Assembly: GCA_964016885.1 (NCBI GenBank) | Contig: OZ024748.1 | Location: 50,034,001-50,098,000, forward strand | Length of the DNA: 64,000 nt | Direction: 5' to 3' | Source of the DNA: Eledone cirrhosa | Taxonomy: Eukaryota | In this document: one piece after another, positions 17,053-30,371 of the stretch | Layout: every line of letters starts with the position of its first letter | Numbering within the stretch: position 1 is the stretch's first letter | The notes under the pieces: model-generated | Database searches by the model: none | Told to the model about the DNA's origin: nothing | Seen by the model: only the letters and a program-made list of their open reading frames with translations | Program-made: the position numbers and the translations under genes

Positions 17053-17458
17053 GCACATACATCATAATATATACACACTTTCAACCAGTTGGCGTTCACG
17101 TTAATAATTGTAGATTATAATGGTCAGCTATGCAGAAGCATTATGTCCGAAAGAGACGGATATGGCTAAAAATTGCAAAATCTTCTTGCCCAGCGTGCGA
17201 TATTGGGGCATTTAACATAATCGATTTTGAAAGTCTCACCGTCTACGTAAATACTTCTTGCGAACAATCAGTGAAAAATAGCAGCTAGCTTTGCTTTGAC
17301 GTCCAGTAGAGGTTTTTACTGGTGTCAAAAATCAAAGGCGATACTGACATTAACTAACTGCGAAAACATCTAGAACTCATTTTTCACAATCTCCCCCATC
17401 ATATCTTTCTTTATGACGAAGCAACTTAAATTACATTTTTCGAACAAAGATATGTCAT

Positions 17459-17568
<110 letters not shown>

Positions 17569-17573
17569 GTATA

Positions 17574-17620
<47 letters not shown>

Positions 17621-17708
17621 ATATTTATATATATATACATGTATGTATATATATATATATATATATATATAGACAAGTATATATGTATATATATATATTT
17701 ATATATAA

Positions 17709-17760
<52 letters not shown>

Positions 17761-17772
17761 TTATATTTATAC

Positions 17773-17818
<46 letters not shown>

Positions 17819-17820
<2 letters not shown>

Positions 17821-18086
17821 AAGGCGGGTAAAATTCCCTAGATCCATGGACGAGTTCTCTCCAGCGGTCTCTGTCCCTCATTATCGCTGCCATGTCCTGC
17901 GTCTCCAACATACCAGTGTCTGTCCTTAGGGCATCAACATACGTTAACCTTGGTCTTCCTCTTCTAGTGTGTCCATGTAGGGGCTCCTAAAGGAGCACTG
18001 AGTGCAATGTCAACTCTGGATGTCGGTGAGCATGTCCAGCTAACCTCAGTCTCCTCTGTGTCACTTTTGAGCTGACTTTTGGGATA
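17819..18086 (-). mobile_element. RTE-clade LINE 3'-terminal fragment within (TA)n
   Basis: [57 protein letters not shown]...MRDRDRWRELV...PP*; the stop codon abuts the (AT)n tract. Confidence 0.85.
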
Positions 18087-18107
18087 TATATTTATATTTA
18101 TATATAA

Positions 18108-18204
<97 letters not shown>

Positions 18205-18309
18205 AATACATGTATATATGTATATATACAAATATATATATACAAACATACTGACATATGTACATACATACATACATACATACATACATGCATGCATACA
18301 TATATACAT

Positions 18310-18914
18310 GGTGGCTGCCAACTCGTTTTCGAGTACGGCCACTACTTTATATCCATATAGGAGAACCCCTACCGATGCGCTGAACGAGTGTGACCTTTTA
18401 GTCCAGCCAGCGACTTGAAAACTCTGGTACAAACACTACACTTGTGACAAATATTGACACATAGTGCTGGGCCCATGGAACCATGTGATGACAAGTGCAG
18501 AGAGATCTCCAGATATAAAGCAATGCCTGTGCCGTGAAGCTTTTATAGTGAGCAAAGGCACTGCACAAAGCCAGTCCCACTCTCTTAACCAAGATGATAT
18601 TTACCAAAAAGAAGAACAAGTCAACATCATTGGATACCATCAGAGTTGCAGGTGTTATATCAGAGTTTTCCTTCTAGAATTCTGCCTTGACAAAGGCTAA
18701 AGGGTCATCTCTCCCGGTGATTTTGGATGGCCATTGACTCTTAAGAGCTCCTTTGCCCTTTGACAGGTCTTGTTTTTAGTCCTGCAGGATGTCCAAAGTC
18801 ACCCTCCTCACCAAGAAACCTTGGTGGGGTTGCCAGTTTAGTCGCCAACGACCCGACCATGGGTCAGGTTGTACTGGGATACATGTTACCAGTAGCACCA
18901 ACTGGTGACCTGAC
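18310..18914 (-). mobile_element. ~600-bp non-coding RTE-like element, copy 1
   Basis: Four near-identical copies in the window; carries the RTE 5'-UTR-like motif AGAAGGAAAACTCTGA; flanked by microsatellite. Confidence 0.8.
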
Positions 18915-18959
18915 ATATGTATATACATACATACATACACACACATTACACCCACATAT

Positions 18960-19002
<43 letters not shown>

Positions 19003-19829
19003 AATGAGAGTGAGTAGGACGATATAATTACGCATACACACGAAAACATACAAACACAGAAAACACATATGTATGTACATATATATATATATATAAATAT
19101 ATACGCATGTGTATGTTTGTGTGTGTGTATACATATATATATAAAAGGGTATATCTATGCGTGTGTTTATAAGTGTGTGAGAGAGAGAATAATGGGGTGG
19201 GGTCTTACTATATGTATATCCATGTACCCGGTACAATCGATATATCTGTAAAAAAGCAGAGGGTCATTTTTAATTCACGTTAGAGTTGATGACAAGATAG
19301 AGGTAAATACATTAGGATGCATCATATATGTTATATCTTGCTAAACTCAGGATATCTGCATCATAATACAACGCCATGTTAAAACATAAAGTATTTCGTC
19401 TGAATATTTCGATATATTGATAGAGCTGTAGAATTATTTATTGGTTTCGTACATGAAATATGTCGGGTAAAATATCTATTATAATGTGTGAGGTGCATTG
19501 GTGCTCTGCTAAAGCTTTAGAGGGAGCACTAAAGTTGGGCAGAAAAATCCTTATTATGACACGTTTTGAAAACAATAATTGATTCCTAATTTAGGCAACG
19601 AAAGGCCTGCAATATGTGGTCATAGAGAGAGTCAATTATATCGACTCCAGTATTTCATTAGTCACAGAAAATTGGCAGAATCGATTGAATATCGGATAGA
19701 ATGCTTGGCGGTACTCGTTCTGGTTTTCTGTTCTCTGAGTTTAAATCCGGCCGTGGTCAGCTTCGCCTTTCGTGGTCGATAAAACAAAGTACCAGTCTAG
19801 TACTGGAGTCGATTTGTCCTCTATGTTTC

Positions 19830-20039
19830 GTTTTCACGAAAAAATCACAAACCATGTTTCTCGCGAAAAAACCCACAAACTCTCCATCTCAATTCTACTT
19901 TTGAAAAGCATAAGAACTGTGAAACCGGTAAAGGAAATAAATAAATATTCTTAAAAAGACTCCAGTTGCATTTTTCGATTTCTTTACCTTATACTTTCAC
20001 TCGGTTAGGACATCTCGCTTTTTAAAAACACCTAATTTT

Positions 20040-20043
<4 letters not shown>
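19830..20043 (+). mobile_element. PLE pLTR-like repeat (family B) with a variant hammerhead at 19898-19934
   Basis: Homologous to 22457-22786; CTT-TTGAAAA-GCA..TGT-GAAA-CCGG-TA-AAGG. Confidence 0.7.
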
Positions 20044-20115
<72 letters not shown>

Positions 20116-20284
20116 GAACAAGCAAAATTCAACCAATTTTTTTAAATAAATTAAAAAATATAATTTAAATATTTACCTATTTTTTTGGCCCTGACCGATC
20201 GGTTTCGCTTTGTATATATATATATATATATATAGTGAAAGAGTGAAGAATAAATGGTTGGCTGTACAAAAAGGGTTCTATTTA

Positions 20285-20391
20285 CAGTATTAACAATTGT
20301 TTCAGTGAGTCTAAAGACCGCTAATCACTAGAAATTGCGTCACTCGACCTTAAATACAGTGAGGGCCTCTAATCAAATCATCGGAATACTG
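20285..20391 (-). ncRNA. Type I hammerhead-like motif with extended stem II (degenerate)
   Basis: CAGTATT-CCGATGA-(~75 nt)-GAAAC-AATT-GTT-AATACTG, with a 7-bp stem I. Confidence 0.65.
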
Positions 20392-21072
20392 AAGGATGTA
20401 ACATAGTGCACTGGTATTTATAGATATATCGGAGAATCAAGTAGATGAAAACAATGACACCAATAATAAAAAATAATGAAACGATGAAAAATATTGAAAA
20501 AAATAAAATAAAAAATAATAAAAAGATAATAAATACAGTTATCGATAATAGTAGTGGTGGTGGTAGAGGAAGTTATAATGGTGAATAACTGGGTGTGTAA
20601 AATAGTGATGACTAATGATAACAATAACATGAAAAGAAATACGATATATGACACGTACCTTTTTGGTGAGTGGACGGCGTGTTAATATAGTGTATTGAAT
20701 TTATGAATTGGCGAAATAAAAATGCAAAAAAGTAGAAAAAATATTAAAGGATTAAAATAAACTGTAAGAGAGAAAGAGATAAAGAACAAGAGATAGAGAG
20801 TAAAGAGTAAGGATTCGAGGATAAGACAAAAAGGATCGGAGAATAGATAAATAGAGAATAAAAGGTTAAAGGGACAGTGATGATATATAGGTGATTAAGA
20901 TTGGGTAGATTAACTGTAACTATAGAGAGAGGGGGAAAGAAAGGTTGGGGGATTCCCGATGTTGATTTAATGACTAGTTGGTCAGTTGACAGCTAATAAC
21001 AGTGGAGTGATGTGATGTTAGTATGTGTAAATCCGGGCCGTTCTGACTGAATACTGAGATCACTAGATCGAA

Positions 21073-22384
21073 TTATGCCGGTTGCGGTTTGAAGTTGGAG
21101 AATTGGGTGGCTGCTTTGTGCCTACAGAGGATTGTACGCTCTATCTTGTTATTAAGCAACCTTTTATTAAATTTTAAAATATGGAGCAGCTCCATATTGC
21201 ATAGTCCGCAGTGGGAGATTCCATTTTTGTAGGCCCTTGCACTCGATAACTTCGACCAGCTAATCTCATATTCCTGGTTGATGTCTTTAAGCTGCCAGAT
21301 TTTATTGGCCAGTGTCGTTCTAGTCCCAAGTTTACGGTTTTTTTATAGAATTTCTATGCACAAAGCATCTTTTTTTAAAATCCCCATCCGTAGAACCTAT
21401 GTAGTGCCATGCTAGGTTGCCAGATTTGATAGTACACAGGTATACTATATTAGATTCGAGGCATGTATTCTACAGTGGGCAATTATCCGGTAGGTGGCAG
21501 TTACACTTGGAGGCCTTCCTGTGTGCAGGTTCCCCGTTGCGGTTCTGCATGTTGTTAGTGATGGGCTGGGATTTAGGTTTATTGGTGTTTTGTTGTGATG
21601 TACCCTGGCGTGTGGGTGGTTGTGATGATGTTATGTGTTTGCGTTTTGTATTTGGTTCTATGGTGTATGTTGGTAGATTACATTCCTTAGAGATTCTTTT
21701 ATAGTTGATTTTATGTAAGCGTGATTCTATGTTGGCTGTAGTAGAGTAAGAGAGGTTGATACATTTTCTGTTAAAGGTTCTATGGTATTTGTGTGGTTTA
21801 TGGAAGTGTTTGTCGATTAATTTAAAGAAAGTAGAAGGTGGGTTAGTTCTTATGGAAGAGTTGAAGGTTGGATTGAACCATAAATATTTCCTACCCCTGG
21901 ATTTTCTGGAGTTTCTAGAGGTCCCTATATTAGTGGTCGGTTCGGCTATCTCGTGTGTCAGTTACCTATTTCTATGTTTAGTTCTGTAATTGTTATTCCT
22001 ATAGTTGCGGATAGAGTAGTTGTTGTAAGGTTTGCAATTGCTGTCTCTATTGGTTATGTATTTGAGCTCCTCCTTGTGGCCTGCCTTATGTAAAGCTATG
22101 TTAGAGTTGTTTGCGTGTTCCTTGAATATTTCTAGATTTGAAGATAGGCGAGATAGTCTGAGGGATATACTATGTGCTATAGAGTTAATTATGGAGCGAG
22201 GATAGTTCGAGTTATAACTAATATAGGCTAGATTCTCGTTATTTTTATGGAAAGGCTCTATTAGTCCAGTGTTTAGGTTGAGTGTTACATCTAAGAAGTT
22301 TAATTTTTTAGAGTTAAGTTCGAAAGTGATACCTAGGCCTAGTCTATTGAAGAAAACCCTAATGTTTTTCCGTAATATTTTCAT
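21073..22384 (-). pseudogene. PLE RT-thumb/GIY-YIG endonuclease ORF remnant with internal stops
   Basis: Manual translation ends ...ILCRHKAATQFSNFKPQPA* (stop at 21073-21075), with premature stops near 21962 and ~21472. Confidence 0.88.
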
Positions 22385-22418
22385 ATTTTCATGCTTTGAT
22401 TATTCATGTTTTTATATA

Positions 22419-22459
<41 letters not shown>

Positions 22460-22590
22460 GTGAGTTTTTTTTTACAAAATGAAAAATAACCGAGGTGTCC
22501 TACACGAGTGAAAGTATAAAGAAAAAAAGATGAAATCGAAAATGCAACTGGAATCTTATTTTTCTTAAAATTATATATATTTATTTGGTT

Positions 22591-22628
22591 CCTTTACCGG
22601 TTTCGCAGTTCTTCTGCTTTTCAAAAGG
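22591..22628 (-). ncRNA. Minimal type I hammerhead candidate, U3-A8 core variant
   Basis: Exact reverse complement of 22673-22710. Confidence 0.72.
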
Positions 22629-22672
22629 TGAGTTGAGATGGAGGGTCTGTGGTTTTTCTCCATCTCAACTCA

Positions 22673-22710
22673 CCTTTTGAAAAGCAGAAGAACTGCGAAA
22701 CCGGTAAAGG
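22673..22710 (+). ncRNA. Minimal type I hammerhead candidate, U3-A8 core variant
   Basis: CCTT-TTGAAAA-GCAG-AAGAA-CTGC-GAAA-CCGG-TA^-AAGG: 4-bp stem I, 4-bp stem II, palindromic stem III ACCGGT, GUA cleavage triplet. Confidence 0.72.
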
Positions 22711-22833
22711 AACCAAATAAATATATATATTTAAAAAAAAAATAAGACTCCAGTTGCATTTTCGATTTCATCTCTTTTTCTTTATATATATATATATATA
22801 TGAATGGATATATATATATATATATATATGGAT

Positions 22834-22895
<62 letters not shown>

Positions 22896-22899
<4 letters not shown>

Positions 22900-23172
22900 A
22901 TACTTTGGGAGGGTCACGTTGCCAAACTAAGCACACAACTCACACAAAAACAAGATGGCGTAGGACAGAACAAAGGAGAGGCACAAAACAAAGAAAAGAA
23001 TCCCCAGTCACTGAAGAAGTCACAGAATGTGTGACGAAAGAACTTTGACAATATATGAAAAACCGTCCGATTGTGGAACCAACCAACCAACCGGTAATGT
23101 ATAATAAATTGAAGTGAAAGCAACTGGTGCGTGTGTTTCTTATTGGAAACATGACCCTCCCAAAGTATAACA
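22896..23172. mobile_element. TG...CA element with ~25-bp terminal inverted repeats (MITE or solo-LTR-like)
   Basis: TGTTATACTTTGGGAGGGTCACGTT ... AACATGACCCTCCCAAAGTATAACA. Confidence 0.75.
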
Positions 23173-23230
23173 ATATCGGTTTCAACACACGTTCTCAGAT
23201 AAAGAATCTTGCTAAACAAATTCAGAAAGG

Positions 23231-23277
<47 letters not shown>

Positions 23278-23492
23278 TTGAGTGGGAGAAGGATAAGCTG
23301 ATAAGTGTGTGGGAATTGGTAGTTAGAGATGTTCGATCTCGATCCTTAGACGACATTCTCGTGAGAGACGAGAAACCCCAAACATTGACTCACACACACT
23401 CAACTTTCAAAAGATATTCTATTCTACCTGAGACCAGTGAATACTTCTTTCATTCAATTGCACTTCACAATAATGTGATGTTGCCATAGTGT

Positions 23493-23582
<90 letters not shown>

Positions 23583-23730
23583 GTATATATATATATATGT
23601 ATGTGTGTTTGTGTGTCTGTCTGTATATTTTACGTATTGTTGTAAGCATTTATTTTATATTTTGTGCACATACATATATCATATCGTTATATACATTCAC
23701 ACACTAATACAGACACACTCATTACATATG

Positions 23731-23768
<38 letters not shown>

Positions 23769-24797
23769 GTGTGTTGTGTGTAGGTATATATATATATTTA
23801 TATATGTGTGTGTGTGTGTATATATATATACATAAGTACGTAACTATATACAATTTTGCGTATAAATACACAAAATTGCAAAGGCGTGTGTGTCGTGACT
23901 ATATTTTAGTTCACAGGTCTGATAGTTGACGTTTGAAGAATTAATTTGAAATATTAAATATCAATTACCGAAGTAACAGCACCTGACATCAATTTGTGAT
24001 GTCTTATCGAAACATCTGTTAGAATTAATATAAGAAACAACAACGACAAATACAATAAAGAAAAAATAAAAAAATATACAAAACGAAGTGGGTTGAGGAA
24101 TTAGCAAAAACAAATTGGTCTCTTGGTGATCGAATGACAATATTCTTTACAAAAATCTTCAAATTACATTTTTCATAATTAGCTTTCAAATGTCGGCGCC
24201 GAAATACTAATGAAGACTTGTTTTAACGACTTTTGCACTTGGCTATGGCTAGCTCTGTTGATAGGAGATCAACCCACAGGCTGGGTGTTTAAGGGTTCGT
24301 TATTTGTCATCGGTGCTGACAGACGTCAAATGAGCAAAAGGGGAAAGCGTTCGATCTCCCGAAATAGCAGGTAAATATCATTTAGTGGTGGAACGATTTA
24401 CATTATATGTTTAATCGGTAGATTGGCACTATCGCTAGAGCATCGGACAACATGCTTTACGGCATAGAGTTACGGCTCTTTGCGTTCACCCTTACGGGGG
24501 TTGTCTTTGCATTTCATAACCGCCGAGGTTATCTTTGCATTTCATCCTTACGATGTCATTAAACTAAAGCACCAGTAACGCACTGGAGTCGATTTAATCG
24601 ACTTTTCCTTCCCCGCAAAATCGTTAGCCTTGTGCCTAAATCAGAAATCATTATAGTTGTATTTAACCCGAGGCTAAACACAAATGACAGCAACAGGACT
24701 AAAATATTGGTAGCCTTTATGTGTCTGTTTTAAGCCCCAGAAATATCTGCAAAATTCCCAAACAATTCATGGTAAAATATCTATAAATATATATATA

Positions 24798-24979
24798 TAT
24801 AAATAGGGAGACACAAAGCAAGTTATTTTTAGAAACGGCTAGCGAGCTTGAAAATTAGGTAGACACAAAGCAGGCGTTGTTTAGTAACAACTAGCAAATT
24901 TGAAAATTAGGTAGTAACATGTGCTTACGCCGTATTTGACTAAATAGAATTAGTCTGTTAGTGTGTCTCCCTATTTATA
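24798..24979. mobile_element. MITE-like element with a 17-bp inverted repeat
   Basis: TATAAATAGGGAGACAC ... GTGTCTCCCTATTTATA; internal ~52-bp tandem duplication; part is re-copied in inverted orientation at 25140-25194. Confidence 0.7.
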
Positions 24980-25811
24980 TACATATATGTACCTGCTATG
25001 GTTACATAACTTTTAATTGAAAGGAAGGAAGCATGATTGGTGTGTTGGTGTTATATATTGGTCCGGCAAACCAGAGATGTGGGTTGTGTCCCATGCACTC
25101 ATCCTTTTTACCATTCAGAGGGAGTTTTAAAATTCCAATTAACAGACTAATTTTATTTAGTCAAATACGGCGTAAGCACATGTTACTACCTAATATATAT
25201 ATATATATATATATATAAACATAATTAGTCGTAGATCCTAGATCTGCGCCAGAAATCGTTCCTAACTTAAGCAACGTAGTTTGGAAACGAGAACAGAGAT
25301 GATAATTTAATTGACGAAAGAAACAAACAAACATATTCATGCCTCTCATGATTTGATATGTTTGTCAGTAATCGGTTGACTATGGTCTAAGCAAAGGCAA
25401 TAACTAAGACACCAAACACAATATACAGTTCAAATGGTGGAGGAATCAATATAATGTTGTACTAACACTTCTAGAAGTCTCATACATCGCAGTAATTCAC
25501 TTTGATATATAATTCTAACTAATTAACACTACATCATTATCTTCAATGCCTTCTTCCTCCATTATATTCTTATATTCAGGTCACCATTTTCCAGTTTCAT
25601 TTTTCCATTCTCTCTACTTATTTACTTCTTTTTACATTTTTTTTCTAATTTCCATCTCGTTCTCTATTCTTTTCTCTCTTCTCCGGTGAAGGACGGGCGT
25701 CTGAAACGTTGAAGACGCTCTCTTGCTTCCGTGTCTATTTCAACGTTAAACTAACAACATTCATCATATATACAGTGTTTGTATCCATTGTTTTTGTTTG
25801 TTGTTGACTTT

Positions 25812-25856
<45 letters not shown>

Positions 25857-26163
25857 GAATATATATCAATATGCATACATACATACACACACACACAAAT
25901 ATATATATATATGTATATATGTGTGTGTGCGTGTGTGTGTGTGTGCGTGTGTGTGTGTATATATCTATATACATACAGACACAATGATGTGCCACCTCCT
26001 ATTCTTATTTTGTAGCCTCTTTTCCATTAGTACTTGTCAAACTCAATTCATTTGTACGCTAAGTTAAGCAAGTGTTAAGTCTACACAGAAAATCTGGGTT
26101 TCTGCCATATTTAATATAGTCTGGACTTCAAAGAGAGAGAGATGAGGGAGAGTGGAGAGAGAA

Positions 26164-26312
<149 letters not shown>

Positions 26313-26758
26313 TTACGCATTTTGTTCGTTTGTCTCTAAGTTCATTCCAGACAGAGACAAAATAAATATATAGACAGGCAGACAGACAAATAGATAAATA
26401 AATAAATAATATAATATTCTTTGAGACTTGGTAAAATAAAAAAAATAATAAATTTCTCCACCAAAAATTTAGGATTTGTAATTCATGGTGATGTATTGTA
26501 AACTTTTACTACGAGTATTTTTGTACCAAACATTCGTGGAGAGTTAGTTGTGTTTTTGTTGTTGTTGATTAATTGTAGTTTAACTCTGTTATTGTTTAGT
26601 CCAAGAAATGAAAGACAAAGTTTTAGATATCAGAAGCTCACCCCCTCCTTCACTCCGGTATTGCGTATTTCGGATTCCAATATGCAACGCGTCCCCTATG
26701 TTTTCAAAATGTTAGTATGTAAACTGAAATGGATTTTCAGATAGTATTATTACTCTTT

Positions 26759-26950
26759 GGCGGTGGATTGGCAGTATTGGTAGAAGGTCGGACGCCATGC
26801 TTTCCAGCATAGTTACGTCCCTTTACGATCTGAGTTCAAATCCCGCCTCAGTTGACTTTACCTTTCATCCTTACGGGGTCGATAAAATAAAGTACCAGTA
26901 ATGCACTGGGTAATTGCTGGCCTTGTGCCTAAAGTAGAAGCAATTATTAC
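26759..26950 (+). mobile_element. Full-length SINE with TSD TTATTACTCTTTGGC
   Basis: Duplication at ~26747 and ~26944. Confidence 0.88.
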
Positions 26951-27114
26951 TCTTTGGCTCTTTGTTAGCCATGACTGGGAAGATTTGCGAAAAAAGCATT
27001 CCTATCATGACCTTCGCAAATATTACTATGGCGCTGTGTATCGAGGAATATATTACCAAATGTGTACTTTCGTTTTGTAAAATAGCAAGAAATTAGAGAG
27101 ATTTTCTTCTCTAT

Positions 27115-27585
27115 TATTTCACCTTTCAAGTGATCGTGGATTGGCAGGATCGGTAGGGCATCGAACAACATGATTTGCGGCATATAGTTACTGCCCTTTA
27201 CCTTCTGAGTTTAAATCCTGAGTTTAAATCCATCTTTACAAAGTTGATAAAATAAAGTACCAGTAATGCACTGATGTAGATTTAATCGACATTCCACTCA
27301 CCCCAAATCGTTGGCCTTGTGCTTAAATCATAAACCATTATTTCACCATTCAAAGTATAGTGGATTGACAGTATCGGTAGAGCATCTGACAACATAATTT
27401 GCGGCATATAGTTACATCCCTATAGGTTCTAAGTTCAAATGCTGCTGAGGTCAGCTTTGCCTTTCGTCTTTATGGGGTCAATAAATAAAGTACTTGTAAC
27501 GTAAAGGGGTCAATTTAATCAACTTTCCTCTCTCGGAAAGTGTTAGTCTTGTGCCTAAATCCGAAACCCCTGTTTCACCATCACA
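27115..27585 (+). mobile_element. Tandem of two older SINE copies with a repeated spacer
   Basis: A TTATTTCACC(T/A)TTCAA-like spacer occurs at ~27115, ~27338 and ~27571. Confidence 0.75.
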
Positions 27586-28419
27586 TTGGGGGATACAATT
27601 TAGCAATACAAATCGAGGCTTGGCTCTTTATTTTTCTGGATCCTAGAAGGATGAACGAGTAAATGTGACTTGAAATCAGACTTCAAAGAGCTACAACTAA
27701 ATACCTTAAAGTTCATTGCTCGAAGCTCTATCGATTCTGCCAATATTTCGTCTAAGGAATTGCTCCTGGCGTGGTCGGTGGAAAAATGAGAGAAAATACC
27801 AATTTAGGGGTCACGAACTATATTGACCTTCCCGAACTAACTGCTGAACCATGGTGGTCAGTGGTTGTATTCTAATTTCTTAGAATTCTTATTTCTCAAA
27901 ATGTTTACGCATGTTTAACGCCGTTGGACTTGCTTGACCTTCCGGTCGCTTTTCGGACGCAACCAGTCACGTGGGAGGTTCATTTAATCTTCCTATCTAC
28001 CAACAACAGCACTAACAGGAACCACACCAACCACGACATCATCTCAACTGTTACAACAGTCAACACTACAACTACCCCCCCCCCCCACCACCTCCACTAC
28101 CACTAATACTAACACCATCGCCAACATCCCTCTCCTCCTCCTGCTCCTCCTATTACTACTACTACTACTACTACTACTACTGCTACATGTCATTGCCTGA
28201 CGTACAGACAGAGATATGGAAGGGACTCTGAAAAAGGACCGTCCTGAAATTGTTCATCGTTTATTACGCTTCGGAGAACTTTTTAATTAGGAATTTGACC
28301 ACCGTTAAACTACACTCATCAAACTATACACATACACACATGCACATACACACACACACACACACGAAATACACCCGTTACAGAAAAACACATGCATTAA
28401 CATAGACTCACCCTTATTA

Positions 28420-28628
28420 AAGATTTCTAATTTAGGCACAAGGCCAACAATTTTCGGGGAGGGTACAATCGTTGAAATCGATCCCACTGCTTTACTGATA
28501 TTGTATTTTAGCGATTCAGCAAAGATAAAAGGCAAAGCTAACTTTGGCGGGATTTGATCTCAGATCATAAAGGGTCATGCCGCAGAGCATGTAGTCCGAC
28601 GCTCGACCGACTTTGCCAATCTACCACT
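28420..28628 (-). mobile_element. Diverged SINE copy
   Basis: TTTCTAATTTAGGCACAAGGCCAACAAT...GGCGGGATTTGATCTCAG...TGCCAATCTACC. Confidence 0.75.
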
Positions 28629-28769
28629 CTTAATATTACTACTAACAATAGGAATTCTTGACACAATCGCAAATTCCAATGTAACGTGCATAGTAAGTGA
28701 TCTGTAAAATTTCATTAGTCGCTGAGCACAGATGGACAAGACAGCTTCAACCAAAATATATGTAGAATT

Positions 28770-29055
28770 ATTATTGTTTTGTTGTCCTTGTTGCTGTTGT
28801 TGGTGTTGTTGTTGCGGTGTTGTGGTTGTTGTTGCTGTTGTATTTGTTGTTGCTCTTGCTGTTATTGTGGTTGTTGTAGTTGTCGTTGCTGTTGTATTTG
28901 TTGTTGTTGGTGGTGTTGTGGGTGATGTTGCTGCTGTTGTTGTTGTTGTTGTTGTTGTTTTTGCTGTTGTTGTTGCTGTTGCTGTTGTTGTTGTTGCTGA
29001 TGTTGTTGCTGTTGTTGTTGTTGTTGTTGTTGTTGCTGATGCTGTTGTTGTTTTT
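28770..29055. repeat. Degenerate (GTT)n microsatellite
   Basis: Seen directly. Confidence 0.92.
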
Positions 29056-29319
29056 ATACCTGCACACGCATGCATGCATGCAGACATGCAGACATATCTA
29101 CCTAGTTGATGTGTAAATTCCAATGAAAAAGTCTTCTATCTATTTTACACTCTCTCTATTGAAAAACATCTGTGAAATTATAAAACCAGAAGAACATACA
29201 TACATACATACATGATTCCAATGAAAGACACGTGTGTCTATTTTAGAAACCGGCTCTCTCTCTCTCTATTAGTAAAGATTCATAAAATAATGAAATAAGA
29301 GGAACATACACACATACAT

Positions 29320-29911
29320 GGTGGCTGCCAACTCGTTTTCGAGTACGGCCACTACTTTATATCCATGTAGGAGAACCCCTACCGATGCGCTGAACAAGTG
29401 TGACTTTTTAGTCCAGCCAGCGACTTGAAAACTCTGGTACAAACACTACACTTGTGACAATTATTGATACATAGTGCTGGGCCCATGGTACCATGTGACG
29501 ACAAGTGCAGCGAGATCTCCAGATATAAAGCAATGCCTGTGCCGTGAAGCTTTTATAGTGAGCAAAGGCACTGCACAAAGCCAGTCCCACTCTCTTAACC
29601 AAGATGATATTTACCAAAAAGAAGAACAAGTCAACATCATTGGATACCATCAGGGTTGCAGGTGTTATATCAGAGTTTTCCTTCTCCTAGAATTCTGCCT
29701 TGACAAAGGCTAAGGGGTCATCTCTCCCGTTGATTTTGGATGGCCATTGACTCTTAAGAGCTCCTTTGCCCTTTGACAGGTTTTGTTTTTAGTCCTGCAG
29801 GATGTCCAAAGTCACCCTCCTCACCAAGAAACCTTGGTGGGGTTGCCAGTTTAGTCGCCAACGATCCGACCATGAGACAGGTTGTACTGGGATACATGTT
29901 ACCAGTAGCAC
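29320..29911 (-). mobile_element. ~600-bp RTE-like element, copy 2 (lacks ~15 nt at the 5' end)
   Basis: Near-identical to 18310-18914. Confidence 0.8.
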
Positions 29912-30267
29912 ATACGTACATACATACATACATACATACATACATACATACATACATACATACATACATACATACATACATACACACTTGGTGTTAATAT
30001 TGAGTATGCTTAAATATTTGTTGCAACCTAACTATAAAGATGTTTTGAATTGAGTAAAATTAGACGAAGGAACTCGTGAAAGGTGAAACGGAGAATTGAA
30101 AAAATTACTTAGACCCTGGCAAAAACAACAGCACAAACCATGCAACAATTCCAACGAAACAACAACAGACCTTTATTAATATATATATGTATGTATATGT
30201 ATGTACACACACCCACCCCCACACACATATATATATATAATATATATACAAATATATATATATACAC

Positions 30268-30303
<36 letters not shown>

Positions 30304-30323
30304 CTGTATATATATACACATAC

Positions 30324-30371
<48 letters not shown>

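Larger units (their letters stand above)
20235..22400 (-). mobile_element. Penelope-like retroelement, 5'-truncated, with 3' pLTR (family A), between (TA)n tracts
   Basis: RT thumb LNFLDVTLNLNTG..PFHK..YISYNSNYP..ISLRLSRLSS; WFNPTFNS..LIDKHF..FNRKCINLSYS; linker CNCHLPDNC; GIY-YIG NIVY...YIGST..FKKR; CGLC and CRH motifs. Confidence 0.92.
22516..22786. repeat. ~128-bp inverted repeat with a 14-nt loop (22644-22657); head-to-head pLTR pair
   Basis: Arms ~22516-22643 and 22658-~22786 are near-perfect reverse complements. Confidence 0.93.

Noticed and set aside
18398-18700. 78-80 aa ORFs recurring in all four ~600-bp elements
   Set aside because: Recurrence reflects copy identity; no domain is recognisable and ORFs occur on both strands.
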